A stretch of 40,186 nt of DNA from positions 1 to 40,186 of IMG/VR virus record IMGVR_UViG_2728369554_000009. One strand, given 5' to 3'. Below, in pieces: positions 1-8,173 of the stretch (the first letter of the stretch is position 1; each line of letters opens with the position of its first letter). Below the pieces are notes generated by a model. It searched no databases. It saw only the letters and a list, made by a program, of their open reading frames with translations, and was not told the origin of the DNA. The DNA is from a virus (Duplodnaviria; Heunggongvirae; Uroviricota; Caudoviricetes). The position numbers were made by a program, and so were the translations under genes.

Positions 1-1251
1 GTGCTTACCGATACAAAATTAAAAAACCTCAAGCCGCAGGACAAACTGTACAAGGTCTCCGATCGTGACGGGCTGTATGTAGCTGTGCTTACGTCAGGCA
101 CGGTCTCGTTTCGCTATGACTACCGTATCAACGGTCGCCGCGAAACACTGGTAATCGGGCAGTATGGGCGTGACGGTATCAGCCTGGCAGAAGCGCGAGA
201 AGAACTGATTGCTGCAAAGAAGCTGCTTAAAGCAGGCCAGTCACCGGCTGCGGCTAAACGTGACGGTATCAAAAAGATTCGTGGTGCCGAGACGTTTGCG
301 GTACATACCGACAGTTATATGAAACACGTCATCCTGGCTGACAGTACCCGCGCAATGAAGCAGGCGGTGATCGACCGTGACATACTTCCTGTTCTTGGTA
401 ACAAAATGATGGCTGAAATTACCACATCGATGGTTCGTGATTTGTGTGACCGGATTGTCGAACGCGGTGGCCGGGCAACAGCAGTGCAGGCCAGGGAGAT
501 CATCAGTAGCGTATACCGTCACGCCAATGACCGTGGTCATGGTTTGTTTAATCCTGCGGCTGACATTAAACCTTCGTCTATCGCCATATTTAAACCACGA
601 GAGCGAACACTGACACCAGAAGAAATTGGCCTGTTCTTCCGCACGCTGGATGCCATTGGTGCTATGGGCACTATGAAAATGGCTTTAAAACTGGTGCTTA
701 TCACTATGGTTCGTAAGGGCGAATTCACCAATGCAACGTGGGATGAAATAGATTTTAAAAAATGGACATGGACAATTCCTCCAGACCGCATGAAGGGAAG
801 CCGGGCGCACGTTATTTACCTGCCTAAACAGGCACAGGATATATTGGTCGGGTTGCAGATGTGCGCTGGTGGAAGTGAATATCTGGTTCCTGGTCGTTAC
901 AATTTCCGGAAGCCATTATCTAATGCCGCGCTGAACTCTCTGATCGACAGAACGGTGAAAATAATAAATGAAGATGGTGAGCATATTCAGGGCTTCACCG
1001 TACACGATATGCGCCGTACAGCCAGTACGTTGTTGCATGAGGCTGGTTATCCTTCAGACTGGATTGAAAAGGCTCTGGCACATGAGCAGAAAGGTGTGCG
1101 CGCCGTATATAACAAAGCGGAATACGCCAGACAGCGCGCCTACATGTTGCAGCAGTGGGCCGATATGATTGATTCATGGATTGACGGGGAGCATACGGAT
1201 CTGATTCCGTTCTCCCCGTCGAAGTTTGAGAAGTGGATGGCGGGGGAATAA
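1..1251 (+). CDS. int: Tyrosine-type site-specific integrase (P4-like prophage integrase)
   Basis: 416-aa ORF; C-terminal catalytic region HDMRRTASTLLHEAGY...VYNKAEY (His-x-x-Arg and Tyr nucleophile) typical of tyrosine recombinases; ORF begins at window base 1 with GTG so the true start may lie upstream. Confidence 0.9.
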   Translation: MLTDTKLKNLKPQDKLYKVSDRDGLYVAVLTSGTVSFRYDYRINGRRETLVIGQYGRDGISLAEAREELIAAKKLLKAGQSPAAAKRDGIKKIRGAETFAVHTDSYMKHVILADSTRAMKQAVIDRDILPVLGNKMMAEITTSMVRDLCDRIVERGGRATAVQAREIISSVYRHANDRGHGLFNPAADIKPSSIAIFKPRERTLTPEEIGLFFRTLDAIGAMGTMKMALKLVLITMVRKGEFTNATWDEIDFKKWTWTIPPDRMKGSRAHVIYLPKQAQDILVGLQMCAGGSEYLVPGRYNFRKPLSNAALNSLIDRTVKIINEDGEHIQGFTVHDMRRTASTLLHEAGYPSDWIEKALAHEQKGVRAVYNKAEYARQRAYMLQQWADMIDSWIDGEHTDLIPFSPSKFEKWMAGE

Positions 1252-1254
1252 CGT

Positions 1255-1398
1255 TTAATAGTTCTGCTGATTTTCTTCCATCTCTGCTTCTGCTGCCAGT
1301 GATTCAATTTTGTTTTCGAATATTGCTGACAGTGTTGCAAATTCAGCATCAGTGACAGCGGGAATTGGAACAAACCTGATCCCGCTGTGTGCAAGCAT
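1255..1398 (-). CDS. Small hypothetical protein (47 aa), very tentative
   Basis: ATG at 1398 gives MLAHSGIRFVPIPAVTDAEFATLSAIFENKIESLAAEAEMEENQQNY, protein-like and acidic; no convincing Shine-Dalgarno; lies between int and the methyltransferase gene. Confidence 0.2.
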   Translation of the reverse strand: MLAHSGIRFVPIPAVTDAEFATLSAIFENKIESLAAEAEMEENQQNY

Positions 1399-1445
1399 GT
1401 TTGCAGTTTCAAGGCATTTTCTTAAATCTGCTGGTGATGCCCTGT

Positions 1446-2096
1446 TCATGCAGCACGCTCCCGCCCCTGGATGTCTGTTGGTGACAGCGGAGCATTGCTG
1501 AATGCATTTGTTAATCCGCCAATATCCAACGCGTATCCAGGGTGTAGTTGCACTGCCGGGTCTTCGCACTGATTACCCCAAACATCGAAGCCATGAGACG
1601 TCTGGCGGGCGAACAGTTCAATGCGAGAAACATCGCCTAATAATTGCACAAGTTTTTCACGAACGATATCTGGCTTTCTTGAATGCTCAAGCCGCGGTGC
1701 GGTAAATGACTGAACGATCCCTGCATTAATGCGCGTAGGTAGTTTTCCCTTTACCGCAAACAGGCAATCTTCACTATTGGCGCGAGTCATGTGTCCCATA
1801 CCCATAACCAGTTTATCTGGTTGTCGACTACCACATTTTATCCACGTGAAGCCCTTCATCGTCATCAGACGAAATCCCCAGGCTTCAACAACTTTTAGTG
1901 CTTCGAGTGGTTGTGTTGGCACCCACCACATGGCCAACAGACAGTTTTCAGCGGTCAAATCCCACACAGGAAGGCGGCAGATATCCAGCACACTCATAAC
2001 TGGATATTTAAAACCGGCACCGCGATTACCATCTGCGGCTTTGTCCCGGTATACCCAGGGTGGATCTGCATAGATTAGTGTGTATTTCTTAGTCAT
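1446..2096 (-). CDS. MT-A70 family DNA N6-adenine methyltransferase (orphan, no adjacent restriction gene)
   Basis: N-terminal MTKKYTLIYADPPW with the DPPW catalytic motif; ATG at 2096 preceded by GGGGTGG; C-terminal ~45 aa of the ORF look atypical, so the true stop or frame is uncertain. Confidence 0.8.
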   Translation of the reverse strand: MTKKYTLIYADPPWVYRDKAADGNRGAGFKYPVMSVLDICRLPVWDLTAENCLLAMWWVPTQPLEALKVVEAWGFRLMTMKGFTWIKCGSRQPDKLVMGMGHMTRANSEDCLFAVKGKLPTRINAGIVQSFTAPRLEHSRKPDIVREKLVQLLGDVSRIELFARQTSHGFDVWGNQCEDPAVQLHPGYALDIGGLTNAFSNAPLSPTDIQGRERAA

Positions 2097-2388
2097 AAAC
2101 CACCCCACAACATCCTATGCCGCTATAGTCGCCACGGCGAAGGCCGTTACCTTTTGTGATACATTGGTCCCTGCGAACCGCGATCCTTGCACGTTCAACA
2201 TCACCAGAAGCAACATCCATACACTGAAGCCAAAGGTGAGCGGCAATGCGGAACTGCCCTTTTTTCTCTCTTTCAATCGCGCGTTTTTCGATCTCTATCG
2301 CCGCAGGAGTAACGGCGACAATCTTTGACGGACTGCGCATTGAAACCTTATTCATGTGGTATTTTTCAAGTCGGCTTAACTTTCTCAC
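2089..2388 (-). CDS. Hypothetical phage protein
   Basis: 99-aa ORF with GTG start at 2388 preceded by GAGAGGG; alternative ATG at 2355; overlaps methyltransferase start by 8 nt. Confidence 0.4.
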   Translation of the reverse strand: MRKLSRLEKYHMNKVSMRSPSKIVAVTPAAIEIEKRAIEREKKGQFRIAAHLWLQCMDVASGDVERARIAVRRDQCITKGNGLRRGDYSGIGCCGVVYD

Positions 2389-2497
2389 TTAATCCAACCC
2401 TCTCTGAAAATTAATGCCAGCAGATAAAGCCATGCTGAAACAGAGGCCAGGAATAAGTACCATCCTGACCATTTGATCCAGTGCCTTAGCAGCGCAC

Positions 2498-2746
2498 TCA
2501 TGCAGCGTTGCTCACGGGACGATATACACGTTGCTGAACAGGAGGTTTTTTACCCTGGAACTCTGCCGGGCTTGCTGCCTGACGTTCATCAAGCCAACGC
2601 TCAACTTCGTCACGGTTCCATGCGCAGCGTTTATCGGTGATATACCAGCGTTTAGGAAATTCCCCTGCGCGCTCCATACGGTCGATAGTGCTCCATGACA
2701 GTGGCACCACCGCCAGGAGTTCCTTCTTACCTAATGCACCTTTCAT
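2498..2746 (-). CDS. AlpA-family excisionase / transcriptional regulator
   Basis: 82 aa; LSWSTIDRMERAGEFPKRWYITDKRCAWNRDEVERWL matches the AlpA/phage Xis-type HTH pattern; SD AGAGAGGT upstream of ATG 2746. Confidence 0.75.
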   Translation of the reverse strand: MKGALGKKELLAVVPLSWSTIDRMERAGEFPKRWYITDKRCAWNRDEVERWLDERQAASPAEFQGKKPPVQQRVYRPVSNAA

Positions 2747-2795
2747 AAATACCTCTCTTGGTTGCAGTGCGGCGCGCGTGGCGCCGCGGTGGTGG

Positions 2796-3677
2796 TTACA
2801 TAGATGTTTCGTTTAATTCTTCCCGACGAACGCTGTAAACGTCGGTGGCTTTTGCCAGCAGTTCGTCATCATCTGAAAGTTTTTGTGCAATGTATTTGTA
2901 AGCCTTATCCAGTTCGGAGACAGTGCTGTAATTCATCGCTGCGCTGGTAAAGGCCATCAGCATTTCTTCTGGATCACGGCTATCCGCTTTACGAGTTTGC
3001 TCATCAGGCTTTTTCACTGGTTTAGCGTTGATCAGACTGTTCATTCCCGCAGCAGTAGTTGTTTGCGGAGTAATGTCTCGCTCAACGCGCGGTGCCGTTT
3101 CCTGTAATTCGTCAGGGGTGTAAACACCGAGAAGCACATCAGGAGCGTGCAGGCGAGCCCATCGTTTCGTGCAAAGATAGGCAAGCTGCTGGCGCGGATC
3201 CTGTTCCCACAATGGAGAGTTACGCACTCCGGCTTGCGCCATACTGATGGTAAGCTCACGGGGTTCTGTTTCACCTTTAAGAACTGCTGACACAGTTACC
3301 GTCAGATTCGGTGATTTATCTGTTTTGCCGTTAACATTCGACCAGTCACCGCTCCAGCGATAATTCAGGCGTGTCGCCAGCAGGCTGGAAGAGGATACGA
3401 CCGCGTTTACCAACTGTGCTTCGTAGCCTAACGTTCCGTTTACCACATGCGTTTTCTGCGCCACGGCGAAAGGGTTCATTCCCCACTGTGCCGCCTGCAT
3501 AGTCACCGCCAGGCAATCGGCAGGTTTGCCTTCAAGATGTTTCGGTACAGTCGCTTTGCTTTGTGACATCAACTCCGCGAAACGCACCAGTTGATTCATG
3601 CCCTCGGGGCTGAAGATTGCCGCAGCAGTGCCTACAGTTGCGCCTGGTTGTGATGTGATTGCGATATCATTGCTCAT
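2796..3677 (-). CDS. recT: RecT-family single-strand annealing recombinase
   Basis: 293 aa; conserved core LAVTMQAAQWGMNPF...NGTLGYEAQLVNAVV resembles RecT/Redbeta-type annealing proteins; translationally coupled (ATGA overlap) to upstream exonuclease gene. Confidence 0.75.
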   Translation of the reverse strand: MSNDIAITSQPGATVGTAAAIFSPEGMNQLVRFAELMSQSKATVPKHLEGKPADCLAVTMQAAQWGMNPFAVAQKTHVVNGTLGYEAQLVNAVVSSSSLLATRLNYRWSGDWSNVNGKTDKSPNLTVTVSAVLKGETEPRELTISMAQAGVRNSPLWEQDPRQQLAYLCTKRWARLHAPDVLLGVYTPDELQETAPRVERDITPQTTTAAGMNSLINAKPVKKPDEQTRKADSRDPEEMLMAFTSAAMNYSTVSELDKAYKYIAQKLSDDDELLAKATDVYSVRREELNETSM

Positions 3678-4495
3678 ACATACATATCCTGTTTACGTGC
3701 CCAGTCAGGGCGTTTAATAATTTCCACGCCGCCCCATTCATCATTTATGCGGCATTCGTGATAGGTATTCAGATCCCGGCGGAACAGAGCGTGCCCGGCA
3801 TCGACATCCGGCGCATCCAACTCGAACACGCGTACCGGATACCGACCACAATCAATGCTTTCGCTCACGGCAAGAAAGAAAAAACCATGCGGTTGACCAG
3901 TAACCCTCGTTGCGCCTTCGCGGTACATTGCGTCCTGCACGTGGTAGCGGAATTCCTCGATGTGGCGTGCAAAACGGTCCATATCTGCAACCTTTTTCAC
4001 GTCGACGATCACGTTGTGCTCGTTCAGCCATTTGTCTGGACGAATTCGGCACAACTCACCCGTCTCTTCATCGTTCCAGTACATTGATGCTTCGCAGTAA
4101 CCAGGTGCTTCCAACATCCAGCGTGCCGCCGGATGAGCCATTGCGCTATCACGCATGAGCTCAAGTTTTCGCCACTGCTCGACATCAAGTACCGTAATAC
4201 CCATATCCGCCACATCACGAAGAAATGCTTCTTCGTCAGCTTTACCTTGTTTTGTCCGACGATCGAATTTCGGTGACACGATGAAGCGTTTGTCGAATTC
4301 TCCAGGTTCCAGAAGCAGGCAGTGCAATGCGGTTCCCATATCCAATGCAGACTTTTTCTCTTCGTCTTCTGGTGCTGCCTGAACCCATTTAAGAAGCGCC
4401 GGATTCTTGGCAACCATGTCCAGTTGCGACTTACTCACGCCGTCACCTGCGTGGTAGTCTTCGTTGCTGATGCCGAAATAAATTCCCGGTTTCAT
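3674..4495 (-). CDS. PD-(D/E)XK exonuclease (RecE/YqaJ-like partner of RecT)
   Basis: 273 aa; RIRPDKW...NVIVDVKK gives a D...(D/E)xK nuclease motif; position immediately upstream of recT with 4-nt overlap. Confidence 0.75.
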   Translation of the reverse strand: MKPGIYFGISNEDYHAGDGVSKSQLDMVAKNPALLKWVQAAPEDEEKKSALDMGTALHCLLLEPGEFDKRFIVSPKFDRRTKQGKADEEAFLRDVADMGITVLDVEQWRKLELMRDSAMAHPAARWMLEAPGYCEASMYWNDEETGELCRIRPDKWLNEHNVIVDVKKVADMDRFARHIEEFRYHVQDAMYREGATRVTGQPHGFFFLAVSESIDCGRYPVRVFELDAPDVDAGHALFRRDLNTYHECRINDEWGGVEIIKRPDWARKQDMYV

Positions 4496-4791
4496 GCCGC
4501 GTCCTTCTGTCCATCAAGCTGATCCGCCAGATCCCAGCGGGCGATAATTGCCATTGCCTCTCGCCGATAGGCATCCATCAGTTCTTCGAACTCAGGGCTG
4601 TCTTTAGCAGCCTCCAGTACTTCCTGACGAACGCCTTTGCCTGTTACAACGTCGAAAGTTGATGACAGTTGATGAAGTCGGATGCTCTCAATCAGTTCAA
4701 CTTGTCGGTCATATAGCTGTTCTGACAGGTGGTAGTCCTTGTCGAATGCCTGCATGATTTTTTGAAGATTTTTCTGCTGATTAACGTTCAT
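4492..4791 (-). CDS. Hypothetical early protein
   Basis: ATG at 4791 (MNVNQQKNLQKIMQAFDKDY...) preceded by GGGAGGG; stop overlaps exonuclease start. Confidence 0.55.
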   Translation of the reverse strand: MNVNQQKNLQKIMQAFDKDYHLSEQLYDRQVELIESIRLHQLSSTFDVVTGKGVRQEVLEAAKDSPEFEELMDAYRREAMAIIARWDLADQLDGQKDAA

Positions 4792-4793
4792 TA

Positions 4794-4946
4794 TCAGCCC
4801 TCCCATATCTCGTTATCGTTGGCCACATCGCGAGCTTCTTTGCTGACGAAAGCCCACTTAATGCCTTCCTGTAAGGTGCGGAACTTCCAGCTCATGAATC
4901 CGCATGCAGTAACGCAGTACCAACCGTTGATGATTTTCCACTGCAT
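4794..4946 (-). CDS. Small hypothetical protein (50 aa), first gene of early-left operon
   Basis: Not in supplied ORF track (<60 aa). MQWKIINGWYCVTACGFMSWKFRTLQEGIKWAFVSKEARDVANDNEIWEG; SD GAGGT 9 nt upstream; stop 3 nt before next ATG. Confidence 0.45.
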   Translation of the reverse strand: MQWKIINGWYCVTACGFMSWKFRTLQEGIKWAFVSKEARDVANDNEIWEG

Positions 4947-4965
4947 AATTTGTTACCTCGGTCTG

Positions 4966-4980
4966 TTACCGTTGAGGTAA
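4966..4980. promoter_or_regulatory. Operator-like palindrome TTACC-N5-GGTAA
   Basis: TTACCGTTGAGGTAA in early-left promoter region; extra half-site at 4953-4957 doubles as SD of 4794-4946 gene. Confidence 0.5.
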
Positions 4981-5027
4981 TGATTATGCGTATCTGGTTT
5001 GATGTCAATAGATATGAGTTAAAAAAA

Positions 5028-5042
5028 TTACCCATAAGGTAA
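5028..5042. promoter_or_regulatory. Operator-like palindrome TTACC-N5-GGTAA
   Basis: TTACCCATAAGGTAA between repressor terminator and early-left operon. Confidence 0.5.
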
Positions 5043-5053
5043 TCTTGCTGGCA

Positions 5054-5079
5054 ATAAAAAAGCCGCCATGAGGCGGCTT
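5054..5079 (-). terminator. Intrinsic terminator after repressor gene
   Basis: AAGCCGCC-ATGA-GGCGGCTT hairpin followed on minus strand by T-run. Confidence 0.7.
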
Positions 5080-5099
5080 ACTTACTGAAAAATATGATT

Positions 5100-5684
5100 T
5101 TATTGTTTGTTTTTTTCGTTCTGGCTGATGACAAATTCAATGTAACTTTCGATCTTTGCCTTCTCTGTTTCGGGTAACAATGCGTAGCGCGAGCGGTCAT
5201 AGTTGATAGTCGCAGGGTCGTGCGGGTGAATCAGTAATTCATAGCCGTGACGCCCGAATGCGGATGCAACATTCTCCAGGGTGGAAATGGAAACGCTGAC
5301 CTCATTGTTTAACAGGCGGCTGATTGTCACCTGGGCGACGCCGGATGCGCGGTGAAGTTTTCCCTGTGTTGAAAGGTAGCGGCTTTCGCTCATCCAGCGT
5401 TCCAGGTTGTGAGCCGCCAGCTGACCAATGTCGCTTGGGCCGACAGGCTGAAAACCTTCCTGAGAAAGCGAGCGATCGATATCAAGCCAGTTACGGGGTT
5501 TATTGGCGGCAGCTTCAATTTTTCGCGCAACCTGGTCGCCGATAACCTTCTTGCCAAGAGCCCAGCGGTTTACCAGATTTGCCTGAGTTCCAAGTTTTTC
5601 TGCCATCCGCGTCTGAACACCATTGAATTCACGGTCGATCAAGTCGTTGAGATTTTGCCTGCGGACGTCCTGGATACTTTTCAT
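5100..5684 (-). CDS. Prophage repressor candidate with two HTH segments and no S24 peptidase domain
   Basis: 194 aa; HTH-like segments (TRMAEKLGTQANLVNRW and ASGVAQVTISRLLNNE); no GDSM/Ser-Lys autocleavage motif seen; divergent from Cro-like gene; intrinsic terminator just downstream; no SD upstream of ATG 5684. Confidence 0.65.
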   Translation of the reverse strand: MKSIQDVRRQNLNDLIDREFNGVQTRMAEKLGTQANLVNRWALGKKVIGDQVARKIEAAANKPRNWLDIDRSLSQEGFQPVGPSDIGQLAAHNLERWMSESRYLSTQGKLHRASGVAQVTISRLLNNEVSVSISTLENVASAFGRHGYELLIHPHDPATINYDRSRYALLPETEKAKIESYIEFVISQNEKNKQ

Positions 5685-5739
5685 TTTCTGGAAAATCGCC
5701 TCATATATGAATCAGTAGATGATTCAATTTAAAGCAATA

Positions 5740-5754
5740 TTACCCAACAGGTAA
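5740..5754. promoter_or_regulatory. Operator-like palindrome TTACC-N5-GGTAA (immunity region)
   Basis: TTACCCAACAGGTAA in repressor/cro divergent region; imperfect copy TTACCTTATGGGTGA at 5788-5802 and half-site 5767-5771. Confidence 0.55.
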
Positions 5755-5838
5755 ATGCACCTCATAGGTAACTATCCTTGATTTTTGTTACCTTATGGGT
5801 GAATATTTATTATCTGAAATAAATATCAGGCAATAGCT

Positions 5839-6069
5839 ATGAGCGATAACGGACATTTCGATTTCAAAAAGCACTGGCTTGCACTTACTCCGGATGAGCG
5901 TGAAGCCTTCGCACAGGAAGCCGGAACGACGAGTCACTATATCCAGACTCACTTAACAGGTAAGCGAAAAATGCCAGGTAAAGTATTGATGAATGGGCTT
6001 TTTAAAGCCTGTAAAACAAGACAATGGCTGCGCTCAAAAGCAGAACTGGCATACTTCTTCTACTCATGA
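5839..6069 (+). CDS. Cro-like small HTH regulator
   Basis: 76 aa; EREAFAQEAGTTSHYIQTHLTGKRKMP HTH-like; divergent from repressor gene across a 154-bp region holding operator-like palindromes; followed by intrinsic terminator. Confidence 0.55.
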   Translation: MSDNGHFDFKKHWLALTPDEREAFAQEAGTTSHYIQTHLTGKRKMPGKVLMNGLFKACKTRQWLRSKAELAYFFYS

Positions 6070-6089
6070 TATCCAGCTACAACCCTCTG

Positions 6090-6113
6090 TAGACCGCCAC
6101 CCGGCGGTCTTTT
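6090..6113 (+). terminator. Intrinsic terminator after Cro-like gene
   Basis: AGACCGCC-ACCC-GGCGGTCT hairpin followed by TTTTC. Confidence 0.7.
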
Positions 6114-6124
6114 CATATCTATTC

Positions 6125-6139
6125 GTACCTCAAAGGTAA
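6125..6139. promoter_or_regulatory. Operator-like palindrome (imperfect, GTACC-N5-GGTAA)
   Basis: GTACCTCAAAGGTAA downstream of cro-like terminator, upstream of 6219 gene. Confidence 0.4.
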
Positions 6140-6218
6140 TAAAAAACCAAATCTGGTTGATCTTTTTTTGTGTCAGCACAAAATAACCGTAATCCCAATA
6201 CTAATAACAGGGCTTACC

Positions 6219-6419
6219 ATGGAAATCATTACACGTATTGATGCCGCAAAGCGCGGACTTAAACGCTACTACACCGGAAAACCATGTAAGCACGGACATG
6301 ACAGTGAACGCTGGGTTTACAACGGACACTGTGTTGAGTGCACCATGGAATCAAACCGTCGCATCAGGGCAGAGATTAAGCAGATCATGATTAATTCCAC
6401 CCCACAACATTCAAGCTGA
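6219..6419 (+). CDS. Small Cys/His-rich protein at the cII position (function unknown)
   Basis: ATG at 6219 (MEIITRIDAAKRGLKRYYTGKPCKHGHDSERWVYNGHCVECT...); C-x-H-x-H...C-x-x-C suggests a zinc-binding fold; the ORF-track start at 6168 is TTG. Confidence 0.45.
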   Translation: MEIITRIDAAKRGLKRYYTGKPCKHGHDSERWVYNGHCVECTMESNRRIRAEIKQIMINSTPQHSS

Positions 6420-6434
6420 TAGCGGAGATTAATC

Positions 6435-7274
6435 ATGAGCAGACATGCAACAGATTGGGCCTGGGAGACAGATCCAGGTAGCTCGTCATTAAAGCTCATA
6501 CTGCTCTCGATGGCTGACAGAGCCGATGAATATAACCTCTGCTACCCCAGCATAGAACGCCTCGTTAAAGACACTTGCCTGAATAAAAAAACCGTGCAGG
6601 CCGGGCTTATATCACTCATGAAAATGGGGCTTATTTCAGATACCGGAGAGAGAAAGGGAGCGACGAAAAGAGTGCGGGTTTTCTCTCTTAATATAACCAA
6701 AAACGGGAACATTAAAGGCAACCGGGAAGGGGGTAATGAACCCGAAAACGGTAATGTTACCGAAAACGGGAATATACCCAAAAACGGGATGTTGAATGAT
6801 CCCAAAAACGGGATGTTGAATGATCCCAAAAACGGGATGTTGAATGATCCCAAAAACGGGATCCAGAACCAGTCATATAACCAGTCATTTAACCAAGAGA
6901 GGGAGAGCAGGACAAAAAGCGGGGATTCTGTGCCTAATGACCCCGGCGCAAACAACGCCGTGATGAATAACTTTGTTCCTCCTGGTGGGCCAGGGCAATT
7001 AGGCAAATTTGTCATGCATGAACAATGGCAACCATCAGATGACTTTCTTCGGAAAAGCTCATTGCAGGGGATCTACCTGGACAGTCTGCCAACGGCACAG
7101 GAACTTGCAGAGTTCAGAATTTACTGGATGGCTGAGGGTAAGGCATACCATCAGGCACAGTGGGAGCAGAAGCTGGCAAGGCGGCTGCAGATTAGCAGAC
7201 AGAAGCAATCAACATTACCTGATAACAACGTTCCGCACTGGAACAGCCCTGAAGCATGGGAGGATTTCTTGTGA
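6435..7274 (+). CDS. Replication initiator (lambda O-like role; N-terminal HTH, repeat-encoding linker, DnaT-like C-terminus)
   Basis: 279 aa; N-terminal HTH-like LKLILLSMADRADEYNLCYPSIERLVKDTCLNKKTVQAGL; central linker encoded by tandem 24-bp repeats (NGMLNDPK x3); position upstream of P-like gene. Confidence 0.7.
   Translation: MSRHATDWAWETDPGSSSLKLILLSMADRADEYNLCYPSIERLVKDTCLNKKTVQAGLISLMKMGLISDTGERKGATKRVRVFSLNITKNGNIKGNREGGNEPENGNVTENGNIPKNGMLNDPKNGMLNDPKNGMLNDPKNGIQNQSYNQSFNQERESRTKSGDSVPNDPGANNAVMNNFVPPGGPGQLGKFVMHEQWQPSDDFLRKSSLQGIYLDSLPTAQELAEFRIYWMAEGKAYHQAQWEQKLARRLQISRQKQSTLPDNNVPHWNSPEAWEDFL
6696..6865. repeat. Iteron array inside the replication initiator gene (putative origin of replication)
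   Basis: Seven direct copies of RAAAACGG(G/T)A incl. three perfect 24-bp units CCCAAAAACGGGATGTTGAATGAT at 6777-6800, 6801-6824, 6825-6848; followed by AT-rich stretch. Confidence 0.65.
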
Positions 7275-8056
7275 ACAACGTTTTTACCGCGATACAAAAC
7301 CGTGACGGAGAAGCCCTTTCTCGCATGTCAGGTTATGAGCATCAGTACGTCAACAATGACAATGTGGTGAACATGTCAGCAGAGAGGCTTGTTGATGCCC
7401 TTTTCAAACAGCTGAAACAACTGTTTCCGGCGGCAGTGGTAACCAACCTGAAGACGCCAGAGCAGGAAGTTGCTGCAAAACAGCAGTGGATTGCTGCGTT
7501 TGCCGAAGGTGGGATCCGAACCCGTGAACAGGTTTCTGCTGGTATGCGCCACGCTCGCGCCAGTGAGTCTCCGTTCTGGCCGTCGCCAGGGCAATTCATC
7601 AAGTGGTGTAAAGACAGCAAGATGGTTCTTGGCGTCACCATTGACGATGTGATGGCGGAGTTTCACCGGTACAGCAAGGAAAAAAGTTTATATCCTGGTG
7701 GTCCCGAAAGATTCCCGTGGCGGCATCCGGTTATGTACTGGGTCGTATGTGATACCCGCCGTGCAATGTATCAGCGCCAGCTTAGCGAGATTGAGGTTGA
7801 GAAACACGCGCGCAGGTTGCTCGATGATTGGGCGAAAAAGGTGGCTTCCGGACAGCAGATACCCGATCCGGTGATCAGCATACAGGCAAAGCCAGAACCC
7901 ATGAGTACACCTCCGGACACAGGGAGAGACGTTTACCATCCACCAGGGCGAAGTTTCGGGTGCATGCCTAACGCCGCCACCCTGGGGGGAATAACACCGG
8001 CGCAGTGGCTGATGGAGGAATACAGGCGAGGAAAGGCAGCAGGATTTATCAAGTAA
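7256..8056 (+). CDS. Lambda P-like replication protein (helicase loader)
   Basis: GGIRTREQVSAGMRHARASESPFWPSPGQFIKWC closely parallels lambda P NGITTMEQVNAGMRVARRQNRPFLPSPGQFVAWC (recalled from memory); start uncertain (ATG 7256 or GTG 7271). Confidence 0.8.
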   Translation: MGGFLVNNVFTAIQNRDGEALSRMSGYEHQYVNNDNVVNMSAERLVDALFKQLKQLFPAAVVTNLKTPEQEVAAKQQWIAAFAEGGIRTREQVSAGMRHARASESPFWPSPGQFIKWCKDSKMVLGVTIDDVMAEFHRYSKEKSLYPGGPERFPWRHPVMYWVVCDTRRAMYQRQLSEIEVEKHARRLLDDWAKKVASGQQIPDPVISIQAKPEPMSTPPDTGRDVYHPPGRSFGCMPNAATLGGITPAQWLMEEYRRGKAAGFIK

Positions 8057-8093
8057 TACCAGCGCGATAGCGCATTTTTTTACGCCTCAATAG

Positions 8094-8108
8094 TTACCCA
8101 ATGGGTAA
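8094..8108. promoter_or_regulatory. Operator-like palindrome TTACC-N5-GGTAA
   Basis: TTACCCAATGGGTAA after P-like gene. Confidence 0.5.
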
Positions 8109-8155
8109 CAAAATGTTCTTAGATCTATTGATTTCGTGTCTTATGTGGTTTTTAA

Positions 8156-8170
8156 TTACCTTAGAGGTAA
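8156..8170. promoter_or_regulatory. Operator-like palindrome TTACC-N5-GGTAA overlapping SD
   Basis: TTACCTTAGAGGTAA ending 3 nt before ATG 8174; right half is the GAGGT Shine-Dalgarno. Confidence 0.5.
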
Positions 8171-8173
8171 ATC

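Noticed and set aside
241-540. ORFs 241-540 and 315-503 on minus strand
   Set aside because: Lie entirely antisense within the integrase gene; Cys/His-rich, not protein-like; no SD.
6777-6865. Possible CRISPR array from regular 24-bp direct repeats
   Set aside because: Repeats are contiguous with no spacers, lie inside a coding frame and match the iteron pattern of phage origins; no cas genes.
6542-7015. 157-aa minus-strand ORF with FNIPFLGS repeats
   Set aside because: Artefact of the iteron repeats read antisense inside the replication initiator gene.
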